This document shows, in pieces, positions 12,601-26,546 of a DNA stretch of 64,000 nucleotides. The first letter of the stretch is position 1, and each line of letters starts with the position of its first letter. This DNA is from Calcarisporiella thermophila CBS 279.70 (Eukaryota > Fungi > Calcarisporiellomycota): assembly GCF_041956535.1 (NCBI RefSeq), contig NW_027192192.1:245051-309050 (forward strand). The letters are read 5' to 3'. The position numbers were made by a program, and so were the translations under genes. The notes below the pieces were generated by a model. The model was not told the DNA's origin. It ran no database searches and saw nothing but the letters and a program-made list of their open reading frames with translations.

Positions 12601-15600
12601 TCACATCTCTTGCTGAACCCACTCCACCACTTCACTCAAGAGCTCTAGCTTGTGAAACCGCGCAATGTTCCGGAGGATGCCTATCCGTCGTGCGAACTCG
12701 CCCCGAGACTGAGTGGTCTGATAGGGGCCGGAGCAAGCACAATGTAGGTTCAAATTCGCCATTTTGACCGCGTGGCACTTCCCACATCGCAGGTCCTGCA
12801 GCTGATAGGCCATCATCCAGCGCTGCACCTCCGCGACAATGGCCTCCTCGATCTCTCCGCGGTCATATTCGGTCCCGCAGCCGGCACATATCCACACGCT
12901 CTCCCTCTCTCGGCAGAAATCGAGATCGCGGCAGAGGTTGCAGTAGTGGCAAATCACTTGCTCGAGCCGGAAGCTGGCGCAGGGATTGCGGAACTTGGCC
13001 TCTTCACTAAACTCTCGCACCCCAATCTGGCCAAGCAGGTTGCGTCGGAGGATGCGCACCGCCTCCGAGACCTGGGAGTCGAGCGACAGCACCATGCAAA
13101 CGAACTTGACAAACTCGAGCGCGGGATCCTTCATCTCCAGGTGGGATCCGGGCAGCTGGGGGAAGGAGAGCGCGGCGTGTGCCTCCGGGTTCTCCCCCAT
13201 CTCCGCCTGCCGCTTGCGAATCTCCGGGATAATGTTCAGGATTTTCCGGGTGAAGTGCTCTCGGATCAGGCGCCGAGTGTAGTGCATCTCGTCGGCCTTC
13301 TCGTCCTCGGCCTGCTCTTTCTCCAGCCGTTTCAACAGCTTCTTCCGCTTAGCAAGTTGCTCCGCGTCCTCCCCCCCATTCTCCCCCCCAACCTCGCCGC
13401 CATCCCCCTCCTCTCTCTCCTCCAGGTCGGCGCCCGCCTCAAGTGCCAGTCGAGCCTGGTAAACGTGCTGGCTGCCAAACGACCGTATCCGCTCCATCCG
13501 ATGCTTATGAACGCTGAAGATAAACTCCGCCACAATCAGCTGAAAGCTCTGCTGCAGCCCCGGAGGCAAATACTCCTTGATGTCCCAGCGCATGACCACA
13601 GTTGGTTGCGTCCCCTCCTCCCGCTTCGCACCCCCCTCCTCTCCCCCCCCCCCATTTCCGTTCGGCATCCCCTCCAGGAATCGGGCATCGTTGCACACGA
13701 TCCCGCCGTAGTTGGCCGCATCCATCCACAGCAGCTGCTCCCAGTACTGCACAAAATCCAGCTTCAGCTCCCGGAACGGCGCCTTGGTTTTGATGGCTTT
13801 GATGATGTAGCGGCTGTAGGCGTGTGCGCTCTCCACCGTGGGCTTGGTGGTGGCAAAGATGAGCCGGTTGAAGTTGGCGTAGACGGCGCGGGCCCCCAGC
13901 CGTTTGAACTCGGCCACCAGCTGGACAAAGACTTTTTTCATCAGCCCGTGCACGAGGCTGTAGAGGGCCGGGTCCCGCATGTTGGCCGAGGTGCTTGTGA
14001 GCCAGCGCTGAAGATGGGCCAAAAGCATCGCCGAATACCGGTTCCCCGCCTCCGCCTCCGAGTGCCATCCCCGCACGAGGGAGCGCAGCACGCCGAACAT
14101 CTGCGCGGACACGAGGCTGTCTCCGAGGTTGGCGCGCGGCTTCATGGGGTTGCCGTTCCCCTCGGAGATCCCGTAGGCCTCGAGGGTCTGGGAGGCCGAT
14201 GCATCAAACCCAACCATGCCCTCGGTGCCCTCAAGCTCGTTGAGGGCCGGGGCCTCGAGAATGGCGTTGACGCACAGCTTTCCAACCTCCACTTCGAGAC
14301 ACACCGTGCCGTAGGAGCCCGCGGAGTTGAGCTCCGGGTTGACAAGCTCTTCAAGGATGTGCAGGTTCTCGTCCTCCTCGCGCCCGCCCAAATCGGGCCG
14401 CGCCGAAGGTGACCACCACAGGATCATCTCCTGCTGCGCGAGCCGACGGGCAAACATGATGTCCGACAGGAACACGGGCGAATCGCCGAGGATGTTGCAC
14501 ATCGGCACCCGAGCGTGGCGGGCGAGCGCAATTCTCTCCGTGATCCAGCCGGCCAGGTGCAGGTAGTGGGTCATCATCCGTCGGGCAACATGCCGTTGCC
14601 AGTCGAGAGCCGGGAACACATTGTCCGCCTTGCGGGAGGGAATGAGAACAGCGGGGAACTCGCGCAGGATGCCGCACTGCTCGGCAACGACATCGAAGCG
14701 CTTGGCAGAGTGGAACACAAGCACCGTGGGGCCCCGGTGTTCTTCCTGGTACTGCGAGAGCGCTCGCTGCATCACCCGCAGCGCCTCCTTCTCCGTTGTA
14801 TGGGACCCCACCTGGAACTCGAGCTCGTCGCTGTAGGCGAACGCCTCGGCGGCCCTCTTCTTTCGCGGTTGGGAGGCGTCCGCAAGCCGGTCCCGATATA
14901 TCTTTGCGAAGTTGGGCAGCGAGTCGAGCGCGGTGGCCGCCCGGTCCACAAAAGCAACGTTCACCCGGCTGGTCGCGGTGGAAAAGAGCGCGAAGCAGTG
15001 CCGCGAGTCCGAGCCGACGTGGTAGAGGTACAGGTAGTTCAGGGGGTAGTCGCTGAGATAGGATGAGCTCGGGTCCGCCCCGGAGGCCGAGGCCGCGGAT
15101 TTGCTCGCGGGCTCCACCGCGGTCAGGTCGTCCAGCTCGTACGAGTCATCCATCACGAGCCGTCGCAGGTTTCGCGCCCCTCGATCCACGGTGCACACAC
15201 ACCCCAGCCTCAGCAGGGCGCGGTCCAGGAGAGAGACCTGCGACTCATACACGCCGCCGGTCGACGGGTGGTTGAAAAAGCTTGAGAGGCGCTTCTGCTC
15301 CTGCTGGTACACCGCCTCCGACATGGTGACCTTGAAGAGGTTCATGCAGGGGTGGGAGCGCGGAAGCGTCCGCACCATGCGCTCCACGCGAAACGCGGGA
15401 TTCACCTGCAGACAATCCGGGAGCCGCTCCTCGCGGCTGTTGACGTAGAACACCCGCGGCACTGTGAGGCGGATCGAGTGCAGGTGGCGCTTAAGCAGCA
15501 CCCATGCCCTTAACTCCCCGGGCGTATCCGTCTCCGCAATGTGGATGATCTGCCAGTGCTTGGTGTACAGCGACTCGGCCTGTTTTCGGAAAAAGGAGGT

Positions 15601-18600
15601 GACTCCTCCGCCGGCCCCACTGGCAAACGTGTTCAGGTGGGGCTTGGTGCCAAATATCTTGCGGCGATGCTCACGGAGTTTGCGTTGGCGATGCCACTTG
15701 CGCTTCTGGAAGGCGAGCCAAGCGGGGTAGTCCTCGTACATACTCGGCATGTTTTCCGGCTTGTCCGCCTCTTCTAGCGGTTCCTCGCGTGGATCGGGGA
15801 CCGCCTCCGTCTCTTTGGTCCCCCCCTCCAGGGATTTGTGTCGGGTGACGGTGGGTTTCTGGGGATAAAACCCGTTCAAGGTCACCCGCCCGAAATCCTC
15901 AATGTCGCCCATCGCTTCTCCCCCGCCGCCCAGCGCCTCGTCCCCATCTGCCCCGTCGCCCGAGCCTGGCGCTGACTGCTTCACGGCAGTGACCTTGACA
16001 AAGCTCTTGATGTTTTGCTGTTTCAACTTGTCATCGCGCGCGGCGATACGCTTGAACAGCCAGTCAGGGTGCTTGACCCGGGGCACAGGGTTGCGCACGC
16101 GCTGCATGGCGGCGGGGATAGTGATCAGCTTTTGGATCACGGAGCCGAGACGCTCCATGTAGTACGGCCAGTCGAGAATCTCCCGGATGTCGAAGCTCGC
16201 GAGGGCATTGTCCTTCAGCCACTTGCGAAGGTAGAATTTCTTCACCGAAGGCTCCGCGGAGAAGATGGCCGTCGGAATGGCGCGCTCGGCCACTGGCGCT
16301 CCCGCGGGTTTCGCCGAGATAATGAATTTGCAGGCAAGGCCCTTGTCCTTGACCATCTGGTCGCCCAGAAACTCGGCCAGGCGGCGGGCCGTGCTGATTG
16401 ACGTGGACTTTTGCGAGCCGTATTCCTCGAGGGTCTTACTCATGCTTCGATTCTCGGAAATGAGGTCGAACACCTCCTCGTCCGGCAGGTTTGCCGCCTT
16501 CGACTCGAGCACGTCCAGCCACTGGTTCGCCACCTTGGCGACGGCCGCATAGCACTCCTCAAGGGTCGAGCCCTGCAGGAAGATTTTGAAGATCTGCGAC
16601 TGGAAGATCTTGATCAGCTTCAGCTCCCCACGGCGCTTCACCTCGAACCCCTTGAGCTCCGCCAGCGATCCGTCGTCGTTGAACACGGCGTATCGCTTTT
16701 TCAACAGCTTGTCCTCGTCCTTCGACGAGGGCAGAATCATGGCGCGGTATGGGCCATCCACCTCGAAGAAGATGGAGTTCTCCGTGCGGGTCTCATAGGT
16801 GAAGGTGGCGGGGTCCACCAGCAGCTGGTATTGGTTGTTGGTGAAGCGTGCGTGGACCCGGTGGTTTAACACCGTGCAGGGGTACGAGATGCTGACGGCC
16901 CTGCCCGAGTGGAGTTTGAAGGTGAAATTCTCGGGGAAAGTGCGCGGCAGAATGCACCAGATCCCGTCGGTGTCCAGCTCAAGCGGTCGGCCCACCTGGT
17001 CAACCAACTGTCGCGCCATTTGGATGATTTTCGCCCCGGTAAGACACACGACTCCCGCCATCTCCATGGAGAACCAGCGGGAGCCCTTCCGCATCACGTA
17101 GCCGTAGAAGGAGTTGAGAATGCACTTGTGTGCCCTAGAGGCGTGGATAGAGGAATGTGTAAGTATACCAAGAATGAATCCGTCCCCGCAGAGTCGGGAC
17201 TTACAGTTGAAGGGAGTCGTAGAGCACGATCATCTTCTTGGCCTCGTCCACTGCCGGCAGATCCCCGTTTGCGACCGCCTTGTCCACATTTTTCTTCCAC
17301 GTTTTCAGCAAGCCCTTGTACTCATATCTGCGGTCACGGAACGCGCGCACCGTGTCGACGTAGAATGGATTTTCTCGCTGACAAATGATCGCCTCCTTCT
17401 CAATCACCTGGACCTCGTGCATCTTCTTGTATGCCTTTCGGCTGTATTCCCCCAAGCGCTTGTGCAGAAGCGTGGCCTGATCCGATGCCGACAGCTGGTT
17501 GAACATTCGCGGTACATCGTTTGGCCGCTTACCAGGAAACTTCTCCGTCTCCAGCTGACTGCGTATCATGTTGAATTCACTGCGTTTGGCGGGAAAGAAC
17601 TCGCCCCTCCAGGACCATGTGAGCCGGCGGTCACAGGTTTTCCCCGGCCGGTTGAAGTCGCAGGTAGCGCACACCGCTTCATTAACAATCGCGTCTGGTT
17701 GAAGACGGTTTGTGAGGATGATATTGGGATACATAGCGGCAACGTCCAAGTGGTAAATGAGGGGACACTCCTCGCGATCCGGTTTGTCACGTAGGTCCTC
17801 AAGCTTCTTGACAATTTCAGCCCGCACCTAAAGAAATAATAAAGATGGCCGTGTGAATGCGATTCTAGCCATGGCCATGGGAGATGTTCGTACCTCATTG
17901 TAATCAGCAATATCCTCTAGCTTCACTTTTAATTCTTCCTCAAAACTAAATTTAAGCGCCGCGTCGACCTCTTCGATCAACTGCAAATTGTAAAAGGAAA
18001 TTAGATGCCGGGTGCACACTACGAGCAGATGCCCATCAGAAGCTGCAACTGACCTGCTGGCAAGCCTCCGGGACAATTTTAAACTTGCAAGGAATATCGC
18101 TCCGAAACACGCCTGCTTCCAAAGCCTCTACGTGGCCACCGACATAGGTTTCTCCCGAGAGTAGATGTCCCTCATGAAATTTAATGAGCTCGTCTGTATG
18201 CTTGTTTGGCATGATAATATGCGCTTTGTATGCTTCCACCTAGCACCCAATAAAAATTAGCCTTCGGCAATAAAAAAAAAAGGAGGGTAGGGTGGGGGGG
18301 GGGAAGGCATGCACTCAGGTGCAGCTTACCATTAGCAGCATCTCACATAGGGTCCCCGATCCTTTCCGCAAAACTTCGTCCGGATTCAACGGGATAATGT
18401 TACATAAGGAGAAGATAAATGGGTGCACGTATTTCATGTACAAGTAGTAGGTCGCCACCGCATCGGAAACTGAGTATTGCGCGAGCGTCTGTGGCCGCTC
18501 TGAAGCAAATCTAGATGAGGAAAATTAAATCAGTCTCTCCGGTAGCGTTTGTGATGGGGATTGAATGCAATCGCACACCTTGTCATATCTTCTGGATCCA

Positions 18601-20385
18601 ATTCCATTGGGTTATATCCGAGCTTCGACGTGGTCACCGCTTTCAAACCATGACTTCCTGCTGGCAAATAACTATCACGCTTCACCCATCTTAGACAATC
18701 CATATGAATGGTGTGTTTGCACTTGTATTCATCCTGGTCATCCTTATAGAACCCAATTTCCTAAAATGAAGCGAAAAGGCATAAGAGGCTTTGGCGACTA
18801 CTACTGCTACTACCACTACTACAGTATTGGACCAGTTCGACTTACATGATACATATCTATCCCGTGTACTCGTGCTCTTGCCTCGACAAAAGGCCAATCA
18901 AACATGTCTCCGTTATAGGACACAACCACGGTGGGTTTTAACTCTTGAATATGCTCGAAGAACCGTCTTATCACCGCAGACTATCCAGCAAAAGCTACCG
19001 GGTTACTTTTCGCTATCTCAATATTTCTTCGATGAAAACACAAGAATACCTCGTCGGGCTCATTGAAAATCGTAAAAGGCCCCTCAAACTCGGGCTTTGG
19101 AGTATACTCGAAGTCGTCAATATCCTGCGAAACAATATCACGGTTTGTGATCAAGTACCCCTACAGGCGCCAATATTAGCTGGGATATCATCATCATGTT
19201 AGAAATAAACAAAGCTTACTTGGCCATCCACCATGTAAGAAATCATCATAATTGAGTCGATGGATGCGTCAGGAAACTTGAGAGGCAATTTTGTCGTTTC
19301 AATATCAAATGCCAACACTACAGGCTCTGCACGCTTAACTAGATCTTCTCGCCTTTTTAGCGTGATCTGACCTTCTTCGGCTTTGCAGTTGTACCAATAG
19401 CCGACACGGATGTCTAAAAAATAAAGATCACTCTTTATCATCCCACCCTTTGTAATTAGCCACCGAGGAAATATTTTTTACCATTATCAATAGCGACACG
19501 CAAATAATAAGGTACATCATACTCTCTAATGTCAATTATATTGTCTAATGCATCATGTAGTCCCTTGCGCAAACTCTGCACCGTGTCCCTTTCGTACTCA
19601 ATCCCAGTCGTAGCGCTGTGTCGACAAATTTTTAAAAATCAACCACAGCTCCACTTTCCAATGGAATAGTATGGGGTCTAACCTGATCACATCTGCATAA
19701 GCATCTACCGCATCAAATCGCTCCTCGTTCTTCTTGGCCACAGGCATGATGATTTTTCGCACGGAAAGCAAGTCTTGCACGTTACGAAAGGAAAGCTTTA
19801 TGAAGGTGCGGCGGTAGCCAAGCAAGTGATTCGGCTAATAGTGGGAGAATAGAGAGAATAAATAAAAATCAAACCAGCGTGTGAGGTATTACGGTACCAT
19901 TTTTAAATCCTCTTTAAGAACTCGCGTCATTTTTTCTATTGTGCGATCGAAGCGCTTTCGTAAGTATTCTTCAACATCGTTTTCTGTTCCTTGCTAATGA
20001 AGAAAAAAAGGAACGCCTTAAAATAGTGCGATGCATTGCCTTCAAAGAGGTGGACACATACCCTACATGCGATCAGAAAGTAAGGGCTATAAATTAATGT
20101 ACATTTAAATGCACTCCCGTCCTCCTCCAGGAAGTAGTAATCTACTCCCGCGCGCCCACCCGGCCATTCGGGATCCTTTCTTAGCGTCTGGAGATATATT
20201 TGTGCTACATGAGAAAGGGCAATGAAGCAATCCATACACAAACCGAAGCTTACCGCATGCATATTGATTAACCATCCTAGCTTCTCCGGGCCTTCTAAAT
20301 ATCGATAAAATCCAAACCGTTCAGTGATCTCGTCCAGAATTTGAACGTCTTCAAAGCGCTGGTCGGTTAGTGATGATGCCTCCAT
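12601..20385 (-). CDS. POL2: DNA polymerase epsilon catalytic subunit, multi-exon
   Basis: Exonuclease [16 protein letters not shown]; polymerase [32 protein letters not shown]; Cys[14 protein letters not shown]; C-terminal CysA/CysB (CHYC...CAGC; CGKC...CAC). Confidence 0.98.
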
Positions 20386-20501
20386 TCTGCGATTGATTCA
20401 TATACTGATTTTAGGGAGGGCTTAAAATCGGGGGCTCGAGGGGATCAGCGAGAACATAGAAAAACACAACACGACCACAACCTTTTTTTTAATTTAATAT
20501 T

Positions 20502-20516
20502 CTACGCGACGCGTAG
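20502..20516. promoter_or_regulatory. Palindromic MCB-like (ACGCG) element in the POL2/PPT1 divergent promoter
   Basis: CTACGCG-A-CGCGTAG contains ACGCGT and ACGCGA, ~120 bp upstream of the POL2 ATG. Confidence 0.5.
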
Positions 20517-20621
20517 TGTATGTTTTGCCACGGAAAGTAAACTACCACAGCCAATTTTTAATTTTACTTTGTGACCAAAGTCTCTTCTCGGCTTTCTAGT
20601 AAGTCAAGAAAGAGAGGCACT

Positions 20622-21859
20622 ATGCTGAAGCAACTCTGGATCCTTCTCTTACTTTTAATTGCACAAGCGCAAGGCAAGTAAACTTCCTGCTTCTGGCTCG
20701 CTATATCCCCTGTTCCATCCTTACTCATTTTGCGCTGGTGCTTTTTAGCCACCGAGTACTATCCCATTGTACTCTGGCACGGCATGGGGGATTCTTGCTG
20801 TAATCCTAAGAGTATGGGAGCCGTTAAGGCAATATTTGAAGAGCACCTCCCGGGGGTCTTTGTGCATAGCGTGAGCATTGCCGGTAATGAGGATGACGAT
20901 CAGAGGGCCGGATTCTTTGGAAATGTGAATGAGCAAGTCGACAAAGTATGCACCCAATTGAGAGAAGAGCCGAGATTAAGAGGCGGATTTAATGCCGTTG
21001 GATTCTCCCAAGGGGGTCTATTTTTGCGAGCCTACATGGAAAGATGCAATGATCCAAAGGTACATCACTTGATAACCTTTGGGTCCCCCCATGGAGGTAG
21101 GTATTTGGAAAGTGATATATATTGATACTCACGATTATTAAGAAGTTTCTCTCGCCCCTCCTCTCTCCAAGGTGTCTCCGACATTCCTGGGTGTGCCACT
21201 GGAGGATTAATGTGCCAAATTATGCGATCGATAGCAAAGCGTGGAGCGTACTCCGGTTATGTGAGAGATCATGTTGTACAAGCACAGTATTATAAGGTGA
21301 AGAACACTCACATAGACAATTTTATGTTCTTAGAGCCATGCTTATCTCCTCTTCCTTCTCCCTGCTCCAACAGGATCCAAATAATCTCGATGCTTACCTG
21401 GAGTATAACATTTTCCTTCCCGATATTAACAACGAGCTCCCGGAGAAGAACGCCAGCTACAATCTTGCCGACCTCACGGGCAAATTTGTGATGGTGCGTT
21501 TCTCGAACGATACCATGTTGAAGCCGAAAGAGACGGCTTGGTTCTGGTTTTATGACTCGGAGATGAACGTTGTACCGCTCCGCGCCCAGCCCCTCTACAG
21601 AGAAGATTGGCTTGGCCTACGGACACTGGATCAACAGGGCCGCTTGGTGTTCAAGGATTTGGAGGAAGACCATGTAACTGAACGCTTCCTTTCGTAGAAT
21701 GGACAGCAATCTAGAGCTAACTCTTATGTGTGATGTCTGTTGTAGATGCGGGTTTCCAAGGAATACTTGGTTGAAGAGATAGTGCCCTTCTTGGCTGAAC
21801 CGAAGCGTACACGCAGCCGGCTGCTGGTCGACCAACATTTGGCAGCTTTCAACAATTAA
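20622..21859 (+). CDS. PPT1: Palmitoyl-protein thioesterase 1 (signal peptide), 5 exons, first intron GC-AG
   Basis: PIVLWHGMGDSCC; nucleophile motif GFSQGG; LITFGSPHGG; VVQAQYY; LYREDWLGLRTLD. Confidence 0.95.
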
Positions 21860-22375
21860 ATTGCGTGTGTACTTGTTCCCTTTCTATTTTTCTTCTTGTT
21901 ATTTACTGTAGTGTTCTGTTTTCAATGTATTTCGAAAGCCTGTGGTTTTGCCCACTCATAATATAGGATTCGCTTCATGATTTATTTCTATGCTGGCCTT
22001 GATTTTTACTCTCTAAGTAAAAGCGCACACTGCACCCGATCTGACCTGTTGAGATGAGGTATTCGTTCATCCCCATAGCATTTTAACGATGAGGCTCACT
22101 GAGCCATCCACCAGATCGCTCCTTGTAGCGAGGCCTCCAACTTGCACGCATTGTTTCTCTGGAGGTTTTTCTCATTCACTTCTGATATGGTCAAACATAT
22201 CGTGTTGAAAGGGAAAAATACACCGCTTAAATTAACTACTGTTTTGATTAATATTATTAAAAAGCGTCTAATAACAAACATTGGCGAATATAGAAACAAG
22301 ATTCGATCCATGAAAAGAATCTCCCGATAGGTTGCACTTTTATATTAAAAAAAACTGGGGGCTGCTGCTTGAGCT

Positions 22376-24149
22376 TCATCTCCTCTTTGATAGAACCTTT
22401 TGTACAGCGGATTTCACTACCCCGGCAGCCCGATCATTTTCCTTGCGCGTCAGTGCTGCGCAGACACAAATACGGATGGAAGGTCGCGGCGCATCACGCT
22501 CCTGGTCCACGACGTATTTGGCGCGGGTCAGAAGGACCCCGTTCTGCGAGGCCTCGTCCACGATATCTTGTAGAATGCGCTCCTCCTCCTCACGGCCGAT
22601 GCGTTCGCCGTAACGATGGAGTAGTGTCTCGCGGATGCGCATGTGGATCATCGGGCTCGAGGGGTCGGAGCTTAGGGTGACAAGGCGCTCCAACGAGCCT
22701 GAGGTTAACGTCTTGTAGAACGCTCGGGTATGGGCCTGGAGCTCGGTCATGAGCGAGGGCGTCTTGGAGAGGATGCTCAGGGCTTCGGACGTGCTCACAG
22801 CAAGCATGGCCGGGAGCGCGGCCGAGAAAACGTATGCATTTCCGGAGAGCCGCTGATGATCCACAATCTCGGTGTTGCCCGCGCAGAAACCACCGCTCGA
22901 TCCGAAGGCGTTGCACATCGAGCCCACAATCATGTCCACTTCGCTGGGCGACACGTCGAAATGATCCGTCAATCCGGCCCCGCGCTTACCAAGCACTCCG
23001 ATGGAGAACGATTCGTCGAGAATCAAACGGTAACGATACTTCTTCTTCAGCTCGATGAGCTTCGGAAGCGGCGTGATATCACCATAGTTGGCGAAAAGGC
23101 CTTCCGTGACGATGAAGCGGCGGGTGAGGGGCTTCTTTTTGCGAAGCTGGTCGACCCGGATCTCTTCCAGCACGCGCTCGAGATCCTCCATGTCATTGTG
23201 TTTGTACCAGCGCACAATCGAGCGGGAGATCTGGCAGCCTTTCTGAATTCCGAAATTGACCCCCTCATCCCTATAGGAAAACAAAGTCGTGAAAAAATGG
23301 GTGGGGTCATTAGCTCTACCATCCTGTTGTGATTTCTGTTCACGACTACTCACACAACAATGATATCTCCACGCTTGGAGAACGCTGCAATGGTGGATGA
23401 GATTGTCGCGAATCCTTGAGCATAGATGATGGCTTCAGTGGTTCCCAAGAATTGGGCCAGATCCTTCTCGAGTTGCATGTGTACATCTAGGGTTCCGTAG
23501 AATCCAGGGGGTCCACAAGCACCAACACCGTATGAGCGCAGAATCTTGATGGCCTTTTCCTTAATTTCCTCATTGGCCACCAAGCCCAGGAAATTGTAGC
23601 TTGCAAGATTGAGCAGTTGAGTTTTGCCATTGACCAGTTTGACCTTGTGGCCATGTCCTCTACATGAATCTTGTGTAAGAGCGGGGGGGAGGGGTGAGAG
23701 GGAAGAATGGGACATACCCTGAAATAATCGGCACTTTGGTCAGCTCCCATTTTTGCTGTTCGGTCAATTGGGGAACGAGTGGCTCAGGTTGCCATTCTTC
23801 GACCAGCTCATCTACCTCCTGTATCGCGAATGATGAATCTCATTAGTCCAATGCATTACTCCTCTTCTCTTTCTCCCCATCATCGGCGGCTTAAATACCC
23901 TACCCTCTCAGTCAGCTTGATGCTATTGTCGCCGATCCGGTATTTCTTGGCTAATAAATATCGAAGGGCAAAAAACACCAGAAATAGCTCCAGAACGACG
24001 CGGAAAGGATCATCACGGTAGCGATCTTTGATGTAGCGGAATACAATGGCCGAGCCTGGGATGGTATAGATGTAGGTCGTGATGGATGCGATGGCTGAGT
24101 TGAGCAAATAGATACTCTCCTCCAGCTCCAGGATATTAGTGTTATTCAT
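22376..24149 (-). CDS. LCB1: Serine palmitoyltransferase subunit 1 (non-catalytic)
   Basis: [10 protein letters not shown]; [18 protein letters not shown]; [13 protein letters not shown]; [10 protein letters not shown] with Asn at the PLP-lysine position, typical of LCB1. Confidence 0.95.
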
Positions 24150-24413
24150 GTTAGCGGGGGATGTAGGGAATAAATTAAGGTAGAATAGTTAATGGTGGAG
24201 CAAAAGAGGGGGTAAAGGGGGGTGCGAATGATGATGAGCTAGAGCGGGACCATGGAACCTCAAGAGATAAGACCAATTTATAAATAGGAAATATAATTTA
24301 TTACGAATGACTAAGAAGCTGCGACACAAATAAAAGTTCGGGTAAAATCCAATGAAGCGACCGATCTGTATCGGGCTCCAATCCCTCATCCCCCCCCCTC
24401 TAGGATTCAATGA

Positions 24414-26546
24414 TTAAATAACGCTGGATCCGCTCCCGACCTTGCGAGGATCAGCCGCCGCATCAAATCCGGCACGATTCTCCTGCGTGGTCGGAACGCG
24501 AAGCACCGCATGCACGGCAGAAAGGGGTGGGGTAAAGGTGATATTATGGCCAAGCGAAGCTAAGCATAATTGACATCAGCCATGGATAGAGCGCAATCCT
24601 TGGGAGGAAAAAAATCTGCACAAGTTACCCAAATATTCAGCAGTGCCTTTGTCGAACTTTTCTTCGAGGAACGTGTTATTGGGGCTGATTTGATCATGCA
24701 CACGGGGATTTGCCACCGCCTCGGCTAAGGGAGAGTGTATTAAGGTTAGTGAGGAAAGACGACGGCTGACATAGAAGAAAGGCTCAAGCTATACCCAGAG
24801 TCATATTCAAATCCACCACGTTGATGATGTTTTGCAGTGTCTATTCCCACAGAGACCAAATACAAAAGTTGGGTTAGTTCTCAGTTAGCTTCAGCACTAA
24901 CACAACTCCTCCCCCTCTATCCCCCTCATATCCTCATGCATACCGCGGTGATAATTCTGGACCCTCCCGCTGCACCCGTAACCATGAGCAGCTCACCGTC
25001 CCGCTCCACCAACGCCGTCGAGATGCTAGAGAGAGGCCGCTTACCGGGCGCAATATAATTAGCCGGTGTGTCGACCAGGCCGAACGCGTTAGATTTTCCG
25101 GGCGTGCTGAAATCATCCATCTGATCATTCAAAATCTAGAGGGGGCAAAAAACAAGGGTAAGTCTCCCTCGTCGCCTGCCGATCTCCAAAAGCATCATTT
25201 ACAATCCCCGTGTCCGTCATGACTCGCGACCCCCATAACAAGTTGATGGTGGTGGTCATCGAGGCGGCCCACCCAATGGAATCCGCGGCGGACAACTGCG
25301 ATGTTCCGGTGTCGCTCGCTATCTCAAACTTCTTGGGGTTATACCAGTCGGATCCATGCGTCGCATTGTCCGTGATGTGCTCTCTGATCTTCCTTGCGAC
25401 GTCTTTATCGAGGAATTGGTGCACTATTTCCGTGACGTTGGCGACAAAGTCGGGGTCCCCGAGGGCGGTGCGTTGCCCGAAGCCAAACTTCATGGCCTCC
25501 ACTACCCGATGCATGGTTAGATGGTTGCGTTCCAGCTTGTAGCCCTCCAAGATGTTCAGGTCGGAGAGGAGGATCGCTCCACTGGACGGCGGACTCCCCG
25601 CCCACACCCCCATCCCACGATAGGTTGTTTGCAATGGCTCGCGCCTCTTTGGTGTGTATTTCCTCAGATCTTCCAACGTCAACACCCCCCCTGAGGCTTG
25701 AACCGCATCCACGATTGATTTCGCAATGTCCCCGCTGTAGAAGGCCTCCGCGCCCTCCTCTGCGATGCGCTGAAGGGTGTTCGCAAGCGAGGGGAAGGTG
25801 GTGGTCTCGTTCTCGCGAAGAAACACGCCTTTGGGCGCATATACGCTCTTCCAGCGAGTGTCGTTGAGCATGAATGCACTACTGGGGCCCGCAAGGGTGG
25901 TGGCTACCTCTCCAGTGATTCGGAAGCCTTCACGAGCAAGGCGAATAGTGGGGGCGAAGAGGTCCGCCCAGGGAAGCTTCCCGTGTTCACGGTGAATTTC
26001 TTCGAACCCGCGGAGCTGGCCTAACAACGAAGGATAAAAGAATGGGATCCATGCATCCCCAAGCTAGCTGAGCTACATGGTTTTTGGGGACTCATAAGAG
26101 ATTAGTCATCCATACCAGGAATCCCTACGGACAGGCCTCCAATGGTGGAGGCCGTGGGGCTTTTCCCTACGAACATGGTTTCATTGGATGCCGCGGGGGC
26201 CATTTCCCGAAAGTCATAGAACAGCTTTTCTCCTCCTGGTTTCCGCAACAACAAAAAGCCTAGCGTACACATATAACGTGTCAACGCGTATCCTATACCA
26301 AGCCGAAGTCGCGCATCTCTCATTACCTCCTCCGCCAATCCCGCAATGGTGTCCGCCCATCAGCCCAACGCAGATAGCACTCGCCAACACGCTGTCCACC
26401 GCATTGCCGCCCTTTTGGAGCATCTGGGTTCCTATCTCTGAACACTCCGCGGTCTCTGATGCCACAGCACCATGGATCGTGTCCCTGTGCACCAAAGGCG
26501 CTGCGCTCACCAGGGGAAGGAGAAAGACAATGCCCAAGAGTCTCAT
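24414..26546 (-). CDS. Gamma-glutamyltranspeptidase / glutathione hydrolase, multi-exon, signal peptide
   Basis: GGNAVDS; GIGGGG; DFREMAP; nucleophile Thr in GTSQLSAAD...TTTINLLWGS; NDQMDDFS; PGKRPLSS; GAAGGSRI; C-terminal AADPRK. Confidence 0.95.

Noticed and set aside
12772-17794. Long plus-strand ORFs (e.g. 546 aa at 12772-14412) opposite POL2
   Set aside because: Antisense shadows of a GC-rich coding exon, with no recognisable motifs.
21597-21610. ACAGAGAAGATT, resembling the U6 snRNA box
   Set aside because: Lies inside the PPT1 coding exon (YREDW), and the rest of U6 is absent.
20622-26546. PPT1-LCB1-GGT adjacency as a lipid metabolic cluster
   Set aside because: Housekeeping genes in different compartments with no shared regulatory evidence; probably chance neighbours.
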